A DNA stretch of 64,000 nucleotides, taken from Octopus sinensis (taxonomy: Eukaryota). This document shows positions 38,921-52,308 of the stretch, in pieces. The translations under genes were made by a program, and so were the position numbers. Location: assembly GCF_006345805.1 (NCBI RefSeq), contig NC_042998.1, forward strand, positions 14,570,001 through 14,634,000, read 5' to 3'. The notes below the pieces were generated by a model. The model had not been told where the DNA came from. It was given only the letters and a program-made list of their open reading frames with translations, and ran no database searches. Position 1 is the stretch's first letter, and each line of letters begins with the position of its first letter.

Positions 38921-39350
38921 AGTGCGTGTACAAAATTATATATATATATATATATATTCTTTTAATCTTTTGTCTGTTTCAGTCATTTGACTGCGGCCAT
39001 GCTGGAGCACCACATTTAGTCGAGTAAATCGACCCCAAGACTTATTCTTTGGAAGCCTAGTACTTATTCTTTCGGCCTCTCTTGCCGAACTGCTAAGTGA
39101 CGGGGACGTAAACACACCAGTATCGGCTGTCAAACGATGCTGTGGGGACAAACACAGGCGCACAAACATACACACACACACACACACACAGTGAGGGAAA
39201 GAGTGGAGAGAGTTAGAGAGAGTCGAAAGTTGAGGTCTAGAGATGCTCGATATAGAAAGCACTTTGTATCGCTTGAACTCAGACACTGAAATATTTACCG
39301 ATGACAAAGTCGACGGAGTAAAAATTAGCTATAAGAGAAATCAAGGTGAA

Positions 39351-39819
39351 CAAATAAAACGAATAAAATTGCTTGGGTTAGATATGCAAAATATACATAC
39401 ATATATAGATGTAAATAGAGAGAAAGCAAAGACTGAGGGAATTTTCAGAAGATGAATATTCAGTTATAAATATATAAATATTTATATATTGTATCTCTCC
39501 ACCCTGAAGACGGAAGCTGGATCAACTGAATACTCATATGCTTTTATTACTGGTTGCATGTTTTTGTGAACTACATCTACCAACATCATGAAATTACAGC
39601 AGTCGGATCTGTAACACCATACCTTCTTTTCTTTAATTTTTTTATGTCTATGTACTCTGTGTAAGTTTTTCTCTGTTAATATATAAATATCTATGTGTTC
39701 ATACTTGAATATTCATCGTCTGAAAATTTTCAGGCTTTGCTTTCTCTCTATTTACAAGCATACATGTATGTATATTTTGTATACCTAACATCTAACCCAA
39801 GCAGTTATTTCTTTATTTG
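39351..39819. repeat. Fold-back inverted repeat (~110-bp arms, ~243-bp spacer)
   Basis: caaataaa...tgcttgggttagat...gtaaatagagagaaagcaaag...aattttcagaagatgaatattca mirrors 39706-39819. Confidence 0.8.
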
Positions 39820-39823
39820 AATC

Positions 39824-39893
<70 letters not shown>

Positions 39894-40324
39894 GATCTAT
39901 CTATCTATCTATTTATTTATTTATCAATCTATCTACTTATCTGTCTATTTATCTACCTATCTCTTTGTGTGTTCGTGTTTGTGTGTGTGTGTATGTGTGT
40001 GTGACAAAGCAATATCAATGGAAATTGATGGTGCGTTGAAATATTGGTAGTAGACCCTATCGACTGCTTTCCATTCATCTAAATAGATCAAAGTAGATCA
40101 AAGCTCCTCCCTTTCCCGTTTTCTTACTCACTCTCCCTATAATATATTGCATGAGATAAAGATTTTTTATGGATAGATCTGTTCAGGATGGCACATGTTT
40201 GCGTATCATCAATCAATGAAACCATCGACAATATGCTCCAACAACTTCGTTTATACCATGGTTACAATTTTGAAAACTAACGTTTAACAAAGTTATGGGC
40301 TGAAAATTGTTGGTGGGAAACTTT

Positions 40325-40393
<69 letters not shown>

Positions 40394-40899
40394 TGATGTT
40401 CTCTCGCAACTGTTTATTGACTTGCAGCACCAGAGACTCTCACTTTTTGTTACCATTTGTGGTAGATTTCTGCGAACAGGTGGCCGAACAAGTACTGCAT
40501 ATAGCGGTAAAGCTCGTAGAATAGAACAGCCTAATAGGGCCTTCCATGCAACCAAACTTTGCTTTCTGTATTTCCTTGGTTGTTATATGCTTTTCGCAAA
40601 CACGTCACCTTCCATGTAGAGAGTCATGGTTGGGTGTCGAAGTAAGTACTGGAATACTTCCTGCGTTTCAACATTTGTCTCGAACTGTCATGTAAAGTGC
40701 TGCTGATACGGTTAACCCATTTGCTTGACGTCCAGTAAATTCTGCCTGTAGATTTGTTGCTACGTTGTGTCTCTGATACTCAGGACCATCCAAGGTTTTT
40801 CGTCCCCCTACATATTAAAGCATCGAATTGTAGATTTGTTTCCACGTTGTGTTTCTGGCACTCAGCGCCATCTAAGTCTTTTCGACTACTTACATCTTA

Positions 40900-41050
40900 A
40901 GACATGGGTCATGACTCGCACAATGCGACTTTCGTGCTTTGTGTTGAAAAATTTGTTCAAGTCAATCGTGTCGCGAGAAAGTCCGTTGCAAATCTTAAAT
41001 GCCTCTTTTAAGTTTTTAACTAAGTCTCCCACTATTTTAGTTTTCTCTTA
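40900..41050 (-). mobile_element. Possible very old CR1/L2 3' fragment
   Basis: GDLVKNLKEAFKICNGLSRDTIDLNKFF loosely resembles RGDLIE.FKI..GL....FF. Confidence 0.3.
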
Positions 41051-41129
41051 TCGCTACAACCTTATTATAAATTCTACACTAATCACTATATTTTCAGAGA
41101 GAACTTCCATTTTTTGTTGACGACTGACC

Positions 41130-42340
41130 CCATTAACGTCAACTTACAAATTCGTTAATTGGGTCTCGCTTTTAGCCTCCAGGATTAGATCACTGCCCTT
41201 AAAGCTTGTCTGTTTTCTGCACAGATCACAAATGTGTGGCCTGTGTAGCCAACCATTTTAATATGTAAATTACCTACACAATACTGTATATAATTACAAT
41301 CCAAATGATTCGGTGTGGTCTGTATCAACATTGACACATTCGGAAATCCAGTCGGCACTTGTCAGACGGGTGGAAAGATCATAAGTTTATGAGGCATTTG
41401 CAGCTATTCTCAAATCATCCATCCCCATAAAGTCTAAGTTTGCATTCCAATCTCCCGTAAAACCTCCGGATGCCTGAAGGAAACTGAGTTGCCCAAGTGG
41501 TCACTTGTCTCAAAGTACACACTTTACTGCTGAACACGTTGAGAACCATTGACTTACCATCTGAGTCCATGAAGGTAGTTCGCATCGTGAGATCCAGGCC
41601 AGTCCGAAACAACACAACTATTCCATCTCCTAATACCAGGCAACATGGAGATGTGTATATTTTAGCATGTTTGGAAAATGGGCACGAAAGCTCGTGATTC
41701 GAGAATTCTGGTGACACTGATGGCGGCCATATCTATATCTAGTGACCAAAGACCATGGAGCAGATATCCCTGTTTTTATGGTGACCCAGGCTACTGGCAT
41801 TTATAGTTCTATCTTAAGTATGGCGTTGATGGATGGAAGGAAGAACAAGAAAAATACCCACTTGCATTATACCTATGGAGAGATAGGCATTCTGTGCCTC
41901 CGGCTTGTGGATGCTTTCAAAAGCAGTCCTTCTTGACAATGCTTTGTTTATATGTTCTCTCAAGTATCCCAACGCCGTTTCGATATTTATTCTTTTAAAT
42001 GCTGTATGTGTTTTGAGATAGTTGGATTTCTTTTATGCATGCTGGAATGCTATTAGTTAATCTTACATAGTTATTGTATTTGATGTTTGTTTGTTGGTGT
42101 ATGTAAACCATTAGGTATTTTACCTTGTATTTTATGGCCCTCTAGAAATTGATTTCATTTTCTGTTCGTGTTAGTGATACGTTTTAGCTGTTAATTGGCG
42201 TGTATGTGAATTAGCTTATGCTTTTAATGGTAGTGTCTGTGATAGTGGTTGTGGATGTGATGGGGATTATGGTATTGATAGCACCGATGTAATTGCTGTC
42301 GGTGCATCGTAACTCAAAAGCATCTCCCACGTGTTTGCTA
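41130..42340 (-). mobile_element. Older L1/Tx1-type LINE fragment (inter-ORF region plus APE endonuclease)
   Basis: DIDMAAISVTRI and GDGIVVLFRTGLDLTMRTTFMDSDGKSMVLNV align by eye with DVDVAAISETRL and GGGVTAVLFRKGLDLKIRTVFLDPEGKLVVLDV of the 58-64 kb element. Confidence 0.7.
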
Positions 42341-42662
42341 ATATCTTCCAGTTTCTACCGTTAGCATAGGTTTTTCTTTTCATTTCTTTTTTTTTACTTG
42401 TTTCAGTCATCAGACTGCAGTCATGCTGGAGCACCGCCCTGAAAGGGTTTTAGTCGAACAAATCGACCCCAGTACTTTTTTTTTAAAAGTCTAGTACTTA
42501 TTCTATCGGTCCCTGTTACCGAACCCCTAGATTACGAGGACGTAAACAAAACAACACCGGTTGTCAAGCGGTGATGGGGGACAAACACAAACACAAAGAC
42601 ACACTCACACATATATATACATATATATATAGACACACACACACTCACACACATATACAAAT

Positions 42663-42910
42663 AAATACAGTGTACATTTAAACACATAAGAGGTATCCAT
42701 CATAGGATTCCTTACACGCTAGAAAGAAGAGCTAAAATCCAAACCACTATTAGGGATAAACTTCGAAGAGAATGAAAAATAAAAACATTTACCATCTATC
42801 TCCTGGATAGTTTTATCCCTAACAGTGGTTTGGATTTTAGCTGTTCCTTCTAGCGTGCAAGGAATCCAATGACGGATCATCTTATGTGTTTAAATGTACA
42901 CCATATTTAT
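42663..42910. repeat. Fold-back inverted repeat (~95-bp arms)
   Basis: gtgtacatttaaacacataaga...cacgctagaa...agctaaaatccaaaccact...tagggataaa mirrors tttatcccta...agtggtttggattttagct...ttctagcgtg...tcttatgtgtttaaatgtacac. Confidence 0.85.
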
Positions 42911-43007
42911 ATGAATAATATATAATCTCTTGACTAAATCTTTTTACATGCTAGGCCGCTGGTTGTAGAAATTTCTAATATTTCTTATTGCCCTTGATAT
43001 CATTAAT

Positions 43008-43065
<58 letters not shown>

Positions 43066-43904
43066 ATATATATATATTGTTATGTATTGTTATATTTCGG
43101 AATGGTCATTTTGCCAGTTTAGCCAATAAAAACACACGCACTATATATTTGGTGTTATTTTGCTTCAGTGTTATTCATTTTTTAAACTAAACTTAATCTT
43201 ATTTCGGCCAGAGTTCTTTCGTCACACTCCTGTGACAGCATCAGTGGTCCTTTGTTTTCTTCTTTCTTATTTGTTTCTCTCTTTACTAACCGTCAGCCAT
43301 AATGTATTTCTATTGTATGTCTTCATTTGCGCATGCTTATATCTCTATGTGCGTCTATGTTTATTTAGCGTGTGGGGGGGGATGCCTGCAATATTTGTAT
43401 TTTCTATTTATATACGTTCATGTAATTTGTTTTTGTTTATTCTTGGCCGCAGCTCTGAGCTCAGCATGGCCGCAGCTCTGAGCTGAAACTAGAAAAAGAA
43501 TATATATATACGATGGGCTTCTTTCAGTTTCCGTCTACCAAATCCACTCATAATGATTTGGTCGACCCGAAGCTATTACTGTAGAAGAAACTTTCCCACG
43601 GTGCCACGCGATGGGACTGAACTTGTGACCATGTGGTTGAGAAGAAAACTTCTTACCACTCAGCCACGCCTGAGCCTACGCTTCTTTTCTCTTTGCATTC
43701 GTAAATCTTTGCTAATTGAAAAGGGGGTGGGATTATGGAGCCTACTCACCCCTTTGCTCTCACCACACATCATACCTGTGCTTGAATATCGATGAGCCAT
43801 GTTTTGGGGTCTATTCTGTTGTTAGTATAAGTGTTGATAGCATTTTGCAAGTTGACTGTGCACCATGGCTCGTACTTAGACGTTTTTTTCTTCAAATTAA
43901 GAAA

Positions 43905-44432
<528 letters not shown>

Positions 44433-44859
44433 TTATACTTACTCTCGCTTTTTGTTCTGCGGTTGCTGCTGCCGGTGTTGATGTTCATGTTGTGGTCTTG
44501 TCCGTTGTTGTTCCAAATCGTCTTCCCTGTATGTCCGTACCTGCCAAACTTTCTGTGGTGGAATGTTGCCTATTTTGTTTCCATCTCTTATCTTTGCTGT
44601 GGTAACTTCTTATTCTTGTTGTTGTTGTTGTTGTTGTTGTTGTTGGAGGAGGAGGAGGAGGAGGAGGAGGAGGAATAGGAGGAGGAGGAGGGGGACTTTC
44701 AATTGCTGTTGCTGATTGTGACTCTTGAATTTAATCGCGTAGACTTATGGTCAAATAAATAGCTGCCATGAGAATCTTTTTGTCTCTTTGAGATAATATA
44801 TACGAGGAAGCATGCATGTATTTACGTAGGCAAACAGACAGACAGACAGACTGAAATAG

Positions 44860-44948
<89 letters not shown>

Positions 44949-44949
44949 A

Positions 44950-45330
44950 AAAATACAAAATGGGACAAGAACGCAAAACATCCGGACAGTTAGGTGATAG
45001 AAAAAGGAGACAACAAAACATACAGATAGACGATACAAAGAATCCTAGGACGGGTCATTCGAAGTTTTCTTTCCTTAGTTGAGTACCAGATTATCTTTGC
45101 AATTTCGGCTGATTATACTCAAGATTGCTCCAATCTGGCCAGCCCCAAGGAAAAACTAAGCTAAGAGCATAAGATCCCTTGGAAGAAAGCAGCGAATATA
45201 TACGAAAACAAGGACGGAAATAAACGGGCAATGTTACACAAATACAATAAAAATAATAACAGGACATAAAAACAGGTGTCTTTCGAGTAAGGACGAATTA
45301 AATTAAGCTGGCGTGTGTGGAAATAAAGCC
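44950..45330. repeat. Unclassified interspersed repeat, second copy at 53630-53960
   Basis: Shared aaaataca..atgg(g)acaagaacg...ttcgaa...aatttcggctgat...ggccagccc...aaaaactaagc...ggaagaa. Confidence 0.65.
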
Positions 45331-45371
45331 TTACGGCAGGGATACAAGATTTCACAGGCACAGATACATAA

Positions 45372-45640
45372 CTTTCTTTATTGATCACACAGGAGTGAAC
45401 ACAGAGGGGACAAATAGAAATGTAGAGCTTTGCTTTTCGAAAATGAAAAAACAAGGGGGAAATAAGAAAGAAAGTAAAATTCCGATCAAAAGGGATCGGG
45501 GAAAAACGATAAAAAGGGATCGTGTATTACAGAAGAGTTTTTAAAATGTAAAAAAGTAAGATTAGGTTTATCCGTGAAAAGAAAAGCCTACGGAAAAGAC
45601 CACAGTAACCTCAGGGAGGGAGGGAATAAGCACATGAGAG
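45372..45640 (-). mobile_element. Probable 3' UTR of a second L1/Tx1-related LINE family
   Basis: It ends atttgtcccctctgtgttcactcctgtgtgatcaataaagaaag and loosely resembles the UTR at 58345-58560 (gtagg.tttt...aaacct). Confidence 0.45.
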
Positions 45641-45814
45641 CAAAGTGCTCTCTCTCTCTCTCCGATTTACAGGATCATGCTCAAAGTGGTTTCGTCACTC
45701 GCACGCACCATCTTTGCTACATTCACCCACCATTTCTGAAAATTTCACAAGACAAAGCCTCCTTCTCCATTCTCACCTTCATTTGATGGATAGATGAATG
45801 GATGGATAGGTAGG

Positions 45815-45877
<63 letters not shown>

Positions 45878-45878
45878 G

Positions 45879-45938
<60 letters not shown>

Positions 45939-46199
45939 AATATACGTGCTCCTTCTCAAACAGTAAAGAATGGTATGAAAGACATTTGACTTCCATTTCT
46001 AGCAGGCAGGCTGGCGGTAGCTCAGAAGCCTATCTTATGTTGGCCCATTGTTGATCGTGGTGATGATGATGATGAAGACGATGATGGATCATCATCATCA
46101 TCATCATCCTCATACATCATAACCACACGTATATACAACACATTAAGGTTCTAACACTATTGATACAACACCCATACCATATCAATAGTGACGATCGAA

Positions 46200-46288
46200 G
46201 CTGCGGTGGTAGTAGTGACGACGGTTGGTTCCCGTGGTTATAATGGTGGCGTTTGTAGTAACGTTAGTGGTGGTTTTGGTACTAGTGA

Positions 46289-46332
<44 letters not shown>

Positions 46333-46587
46333 TTGGCATTGGTGTCGATCGAGTTTTGCGTTGGTTTTTGGTATTGAGGAATGACGGTTGTGGCGTTAAG
46401 TGTCGGCTGATAACTACGGTAGCGGTGATGGTAGGGTGTAGTGGTGGGGGGGCGGAGTTGTGGGGGTGGATGGTTGGCAGTGGTGGGGCAAGGGGCAGTA
46501 GTGAGGCGGAGTGTGGTGGTGGTGTTAGGTTTGCTGGTGGCGGCGGGGGGGGGGAGGTAATGATTTCGTTTGTAGTTCTGGGAATAC

Positions 46588-46634
<47 letters not shown>

Positions 46635-46643
46635 GTCATTACG

Positions 46644-46676
<33 letters not shown>

Positions 46677-47150
46677 GTGCAGATGAAGATGGTGGGGGTG
46701 GTGAAGATGATGTCGATGGGTATGATGACGATGGTCATGACGATGATCATGATGATCGTGATCATGATTACAATCACGATGACGATGATGATGATGATGA
46801 TGAGGAGGAGGAGGAGGGGAGGAGTAAGGTGATGCGAACAACGATGATGGTCATGGTGAGGATAAAGCTGATGATGGTGATGATGATGATGATGACGATA
46901 GTGGTGTTGGTAGTGTTGGTGCTAGAAGCGTTAGTGGTTGATGGCGTGAAATCGATTGTGTTGGCAGTAGTTGTAGCGGTGGTTAGGATACCAATAACTA
47001 AAAGATGGCTGTCGAGGTGGAGCGGTGGAGCGGTGGAGCGGTGGAGCGGAGAGGCGGAGAGGCGTCGCTAATGCTAGTTACGTGAGGTGGTGAAGCTAGT
47101 GGGCCTGGCGGTGCAGTTGCCGAGGGCTGGTAGTCCTGGTGGTGTTGTTG

Positions 47151-47182
<32 letters not shown>

Positions 47183-48291
47183 GGTGGTGGTGGCGGCGGC
47201 GGCGGCGGTGATGGTGGTGATAATGGAGACGGATGGTAAGCAGGGTGATGGAGGTTTTGATGGTCGTGGCGGTTGTGGCAAAGCATGTGATACTGGTGGT
47301 TGTACAACTCGTAGTAAAAGTGGTAGTGGTGGTGGTGGTGGTGGTGTGGTGGTGGTGGCGGCGGCGGCGGCGGCGGTGATGGTGGTGATAATGGAGACGG
47401 ATGGTAAGCAGGGTGATGGAGGTTTTGATGGTCGTGGCGGTTGTGGCAAAGCATGTGATACTGGTGGTTGTACAACTCGTAGTAAAAGTGGTAGTGGTGG
47501 TGGTGGTGGTGGTGGTTGTGGTGGTGGTGGCGGCAGCAGCGGTGGTGGTCACCGTGATTGGCATACTTGCTGTTGCTGTCGTTGTTGTTGTTGTTATTGT
47601 TGGTGTTGTTGTTGTTGCTATTATTGTTGTTGTTGTGCTATTATTGTTGTTGTTTTGGTTGTGGTTGTTGTCGATAATGATGGTGGTATAGATGGGCGTG
47701 TGAGGACTGCGTTGAAGGAGGCGCGGCAAAACGAGGCGGCGTAGATGGTGGCGCTACAGAGGGTGATGATGTTCATTGTGTATAGTGGTGCAACTATTGT
47801 TGTCTGCAACTGCACCCATTTTATTTATTTATTTATTTATTTATTCATTCATTTCTTTCTTTATTTATTTATTCTACTGCAGCATCAAATGCATTAGCAA
47901 TTGCTATAGCTGTTACATCAATAGTGTCAGAAAGAAAATATTGTTACAGATCTAACGAAACCGACATCATCATCATCATCATCATCATCATCATAATCGT
48001 CATCATTCTCGTCATAATCATCATAATCATCATTTTCCTCCTCATCATCATCATCATTCTCTTCATTCTCATCATCATCAACAACATTCTCATCAACCAG
48101 ATTCTCATCATCAACAACATTCTCATCAACCAGATTCTCATCATCAACAACATTCTCATCAACCAGATTCTCATCATCACCATCGCCATCATCATCATCA
48201 TCATCATCATTCTCATCATAATCATCATCATCATCATCATTCTCATCATCATCATCATCAACAACTTTCTCATCAACATCATTCTCATCAT

Positions 48292-48333
<42 letters not shown>

Positions 48334-49260
48334 AATCGTCATCATTCTCGTCATAATCATCATAATCATCATTTTCCTCATCATCATCATCATCATTCTC
48401 TTCATTCTCATCATCATCAACAACATTCTCATCAACCAGATTCTCATCATCAACAACATTCTCATCAACCAGATTCTCATCATCACCATCGCCATCATCA
48501 TCATCATCATCATCATTCTCATCATAATCATCATCATCATCATCATTCTCATCATCATCATCATCAACAACTTTCTCATCAACATCATTCTCATCATAAT
48601 CATCATCATCATCATCGTCATCGTCATCATCTTCATTCTCATCATCACCATTATTATCATTGTTAGCATTATCATCGTCAGCAACAGCAACAGCAGCAGC
48701 AGCAGCGTCGTCGCCGCCATCACCATCATCGAACAGCAATATTACTAAAGTGGGGAATACGGTGGCGGCGGCAGAGGAAGGGTGATGGTACTGCTGCTGC
48801 TGATGTTGTTGTTGTTGTTGTTGGTGTTGGTGGTGTGGGTAATCGTGGTGGTGGTCACTATCATTGTTCTGATGATGGTGTTGAGGGAAAAGAGGAGAAA
48901 GAGGTGGAGACAGAAGGGAAGGAGGATAAGAAAAGGAGAAAGAACAAGAATACGAGAAGGAAGAGGAGAACGTGGAGGGAGAGGAAAGGCAGAGGGGGAA
49001 GGCGGAGTAGAATGGTGGAGTGGTAGTTGTGGTGCTGCGGTGGTGAAGGTGGTTGTAGTGGCGTAGATGGTAGTGGTGGTGGAAGCAGCGGCAGAGACGG
49101 CGATGGTGATGGTGGTATTGGATAACGAGATTTATTACGACCATGATGATGATGATGATGATGATGATCTTGATGATAACCACGATGGTGGGGAGGATGA
49201 GGAGAAGAACGAGGATGATGTTGTGAATACTGTTGAGGACAATAATATTGATGCTGTTAT
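46200..49260. repeat. Compound triplet low-complexity block with higher-order duplications (168 bp, 339 bp, nested 33 bp)
   Basis: atggagacgg occurs at 47223 and 47391. tcataatcgt occurs at 47991 and 48330. The 33-mer atcatcaacaacattctcatcaaccagattctc is repeated. Confidence 0.9.
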
Positions 49261-49419
49261 TGTTAATGAAGTTCAATAACGATTTTGAAATTGTTAGTAA
49301 TTATTTTTGAAGAAATACAAGACAACGTGTTGTCCTTTACTTCACCGTTTTAACTGCTAGAAAAAAAGAAAAACAAAACAAAATAGGAAATACAGTTCTA
49401 TGTGTAAGAGATGTGGAAT

Positions 49420-49587
49420 TAAGGAGTGGCTGTGTGGTAAGTAGCTTGTTTACCAACCACATGGTTCCGGGTTCAGTCCCACTGCGTGGCACCTTGGGAA
49501 AGTGTCTTCTACTATAGCCTCGGGCCGACCAAAGCCTTGTGAGTGGATTTGGTAGACGGAAACTGAAAGAAGCCCGTCGTATATATG

Positions 49588-49637
<50 letters not shown>

Positions 49638-49840
49638 TGTGTTTGTCCCCCTAGCATTGCTTGACAACCGATGCTGGTGTATTTATGTCCCCGTTACTTA
49701 GCGGTTCGGCAAAATGAGATCGATAGAATAAGTACTGGGCTTACAAAGAATAAGTCCCGGGGTCGAGTTGCTCGATTAAAGGCGGTGCTCCAGTATGGCT
49801 GCAGTCAAATGACTGAAACAAGTAAAAGAGTAAAGAAAAA
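49420..49840 (+). mobile_element. Full-length group C SINE
   Basis: Head ggagtggctgtgtggtaagtagcttg...gggttcagtccc, internal (TA)n(TG)n, and tail gactgaaacaagtaaaagagtaaag. Confidence 0.9.
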
Positions 49841-49920
49841 AGAGAGTATTATCTACATTATTTATATTATTTATATTACTTACAATTGACGGATATTTGT
49901 CCTCATACTTGTTTGTTGTT

Positions 49921-49966
49921 AACACAACGTTTCAGCTAATATACCCTCCAGCCTTCATCAGGTGTC
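49921..49966 (-). ncRNA. Minimal type I hammerhead ribozyme motif, second copy of the 8675 family
   Basis: GACAC CTGATGA A GGCTG GAGGGTATAT TAGCT GAAA CGT T GTGTT. The core is intact and stem II is kept through G-U pairs. Confidence 0.7.
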
Positions 49967-49984
49967 TTGGGGAAATTTCGAACT

Positions 49985-50490
49985 TGTTAAATCACTTGGG
50001 ATCATTTGGATCGACCAAATGTCTGATGCCGAGTCGGCCACAGCATTCAGTTCATACCCCTCTCTTACTCTCGTTATTATCCTCCACATTACTCCAAACA
50101 TTTTTCTTAGATCATCTTCCCACCTGACTGGAGGTCTTCTGAGTGGTCTCCTCCGCTCGCTCGAGTACCACCGATGCTTTATACTTTCTTTTTCTGGGGT
50201 TTTTTTTTGTATTTGTTTCAATCATTTGACTGTGGCCATGCTTGAGCATCGCCTTTGATTGTCTGTGAACCTTGTAATATGACCGGCTCATCGTAGCTTT
50301 GCGTGGTGGTATTCTGTGACGACGTCCTTCGCTCCAGTTCGATCTCTGATCTCTTCGTTCCTGGTGTGATCTCTTAGCCAGACACACAGTCGGTTGTTAA
50401 ATGCCTTGCAATTAATGGGTTTCGCGACAGGATTTCCTTCGATCTTAGGTTTCTTTCATCAAGGTTGACCAAGGGCTAAATGACAACCAG
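49985..50490 (-). mobile_element. RTE-clade LINE 3' fragment, interrupted by a group C SINE tail (~50190-50255)
   Basis: RDHTRNEEIR.RTG...KLR(W)AGHITRFTDN and RRPLRRPPVRWEDDLRK motifs. Confidence 0.75.
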
Positions 50491-50519
50491 GATTTTCACT
50501 ATTACCACTATCACCATTA

Positions 50520-50750
50520 CCTATTTCTTTACTACCCACAAGGGGCTAAACACAGAGGAGGACAAACAAGGACAGACATAGGTATTAAGTCAATTACATC
50601 GACCCCAGTGCGTAACTGGTACTTATTTAATCGACCCCGAAAGGATGAAAGGTAAAGTCGACCTCGGCGGAATTTGAACTCACAACGTAACGGCAGACGA
50701 AATACGGCTACGCATTTCGCCCGGCGTGCTAACGTTTCTGCCAGGTCGCC
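50520..50750 (-). mobile_element. Group B SINE
   Basis: Reverse-complement core and tail. Confidence 0.9.
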
Positions 50751-51164
50751 ATTACCATTACAAAAAGCCCTGTTGCCAATATCAAAACCACTAACAAACC
50801 CATTACCACCACTACTAACTACCACCGCTATCGATGCTACCAATACCACCCCCACCAGCAAAATCCACCACCAGCCACCATCAACAATACCATTGTCAAT
50901 GTGACTCCTCCTAGCATCGTCTCCGAATTACAGACAAACGTCTAGATGCACACGTTGCATTTTAGAATTCTAAACGTTAGATTGTTGCCGTTCTTTTCAA
51001 GAGAGTATGATCAGACATCGTGAAGAATGCTTTCAATATTAGTTTTAATTCCCTATGTAACTGCGAGCAGACATTGACAACCTCCTGACTTCTCTCCAGC
51101 CCCTTTGGCCAATCAGAAATAAAGGGCTGCACTTACCCCGACCGCTACACATTTTTCAACATAG

Positions 51165-51329
51165 TAGGCGCAGGAGTGGCTGTTTGGTAAGTAGCTTGTT
51201 TACCAGCCACATAGTTTCGGGTTCAGTCCCACTGCGTGGCACCTTGGGCAAGTGTCTTCTACTATAGCCTCGGGCCGACCAAAGACTTATGAGTGGATTT
51301 GGTAGACGGAAACTGAAAGAAGCCCGTCC

Positions 51330-51386
<57 letters not shown>

Positions 51387-51610
51387 ATGTTTGTGTGTCT
51401 GTGTTTGTCCCCCTAGCATTACTTGACAACCGATGCTGGTGTGTTTATGTCCCCGTCACTTAGCGGTTCGGCAAAAGAGACCGATAGAATAAGTACTTGG
51501 CTTACAAAGAATAAGTCCCGGGATCGAGTTGCTCGACCAAAGGCGGTGCTCCAGCATGGCCGCAGTCAACTGACTGAAACAAGTAAAAGAGTAAAAAGAG
51601 AGTAAAGAGT
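51165..51610 (+). mobile_element. Full-length group C SINE
   Basis: Near-identical to 49420-49840. Confidence 0.9.
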
Positions 51611-51894
51611 ATAGTAAAGTGAACCAAGGGGAGTGGAGTGTCGCCTTGCATTCGTTGTGGTAGGATACATTGAATCAAAGTGAGCTGTTACATCTACCTT
51701 AAAGACACAATGTGCCACCCTGTCTTGGAACCGTACCTAATGACCGTGCATCTAAAAGCCTATTAGGTCATGAGACAACTCTCAAAAGACAAGAATGGTC
51801 ACGATTGAACGGCTTCAATAAACAACCGAATCGTATGGAGTGGCGGACTTTGTTAGACATTTTAACACCAAAAAATGAGCCTTTAGCGGAGACC

Positions 51895-52308
51895 ACGCTG
51901 CTTCAAGAAAGGCTGAAGACGCTCGACCTTTATTCTCTAGAAAAACGACGACGCCGTGGTGATCTCATTCTTGCTCACAACATCATAAGCGGAAAGTGTA
52001 ACCTCTCGAAAGAGCTGTTCTTCACTCCTGCTCCAGAGCGTCGGCTGCGGAGTCATTCCGAAAAGCTCTATCTGCGACGATTTCATCTCAATCGAAGGAC
52101 AGTGACTTTCTCCGTCCGGGTTGCGGATCCGTGGAATAAGCTGCCGGACGAGATAGTGAAGATGCCGACGACCGCTCGGTTCAAAGTCTCCCTTGACCAC
52201 AGGTGGCCTGAACTCTTTACATGAACACACTCCCTGTACATAGCTCCATGTCCCCCTACATGGCCTTGCTTTTTGCTTTTTGAGGCAAAACATTAACTAA
52301 CTAACTAA
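51895..52308 (+). mobile_element. CR1-clade LINE 3' end with (TAAC)n tail
   Basis: ERLKTLDLYSLEKRRRRGDLILAHNII...FSVRVADPWNKLPDEIV...FKVSLD*. The UTR ends taactaactaactaag. Confidence 0.85.

Noticed and set aside
47927-49276. 449-aa Asp/Glu-rich ORF resembling acidic biomineral proteins
   Set aside because: It is built from GAT/GAG/AAT triplet repeats that rarely give stops. All frames are open over long stretches and there is no signal peptide or splice evidence.
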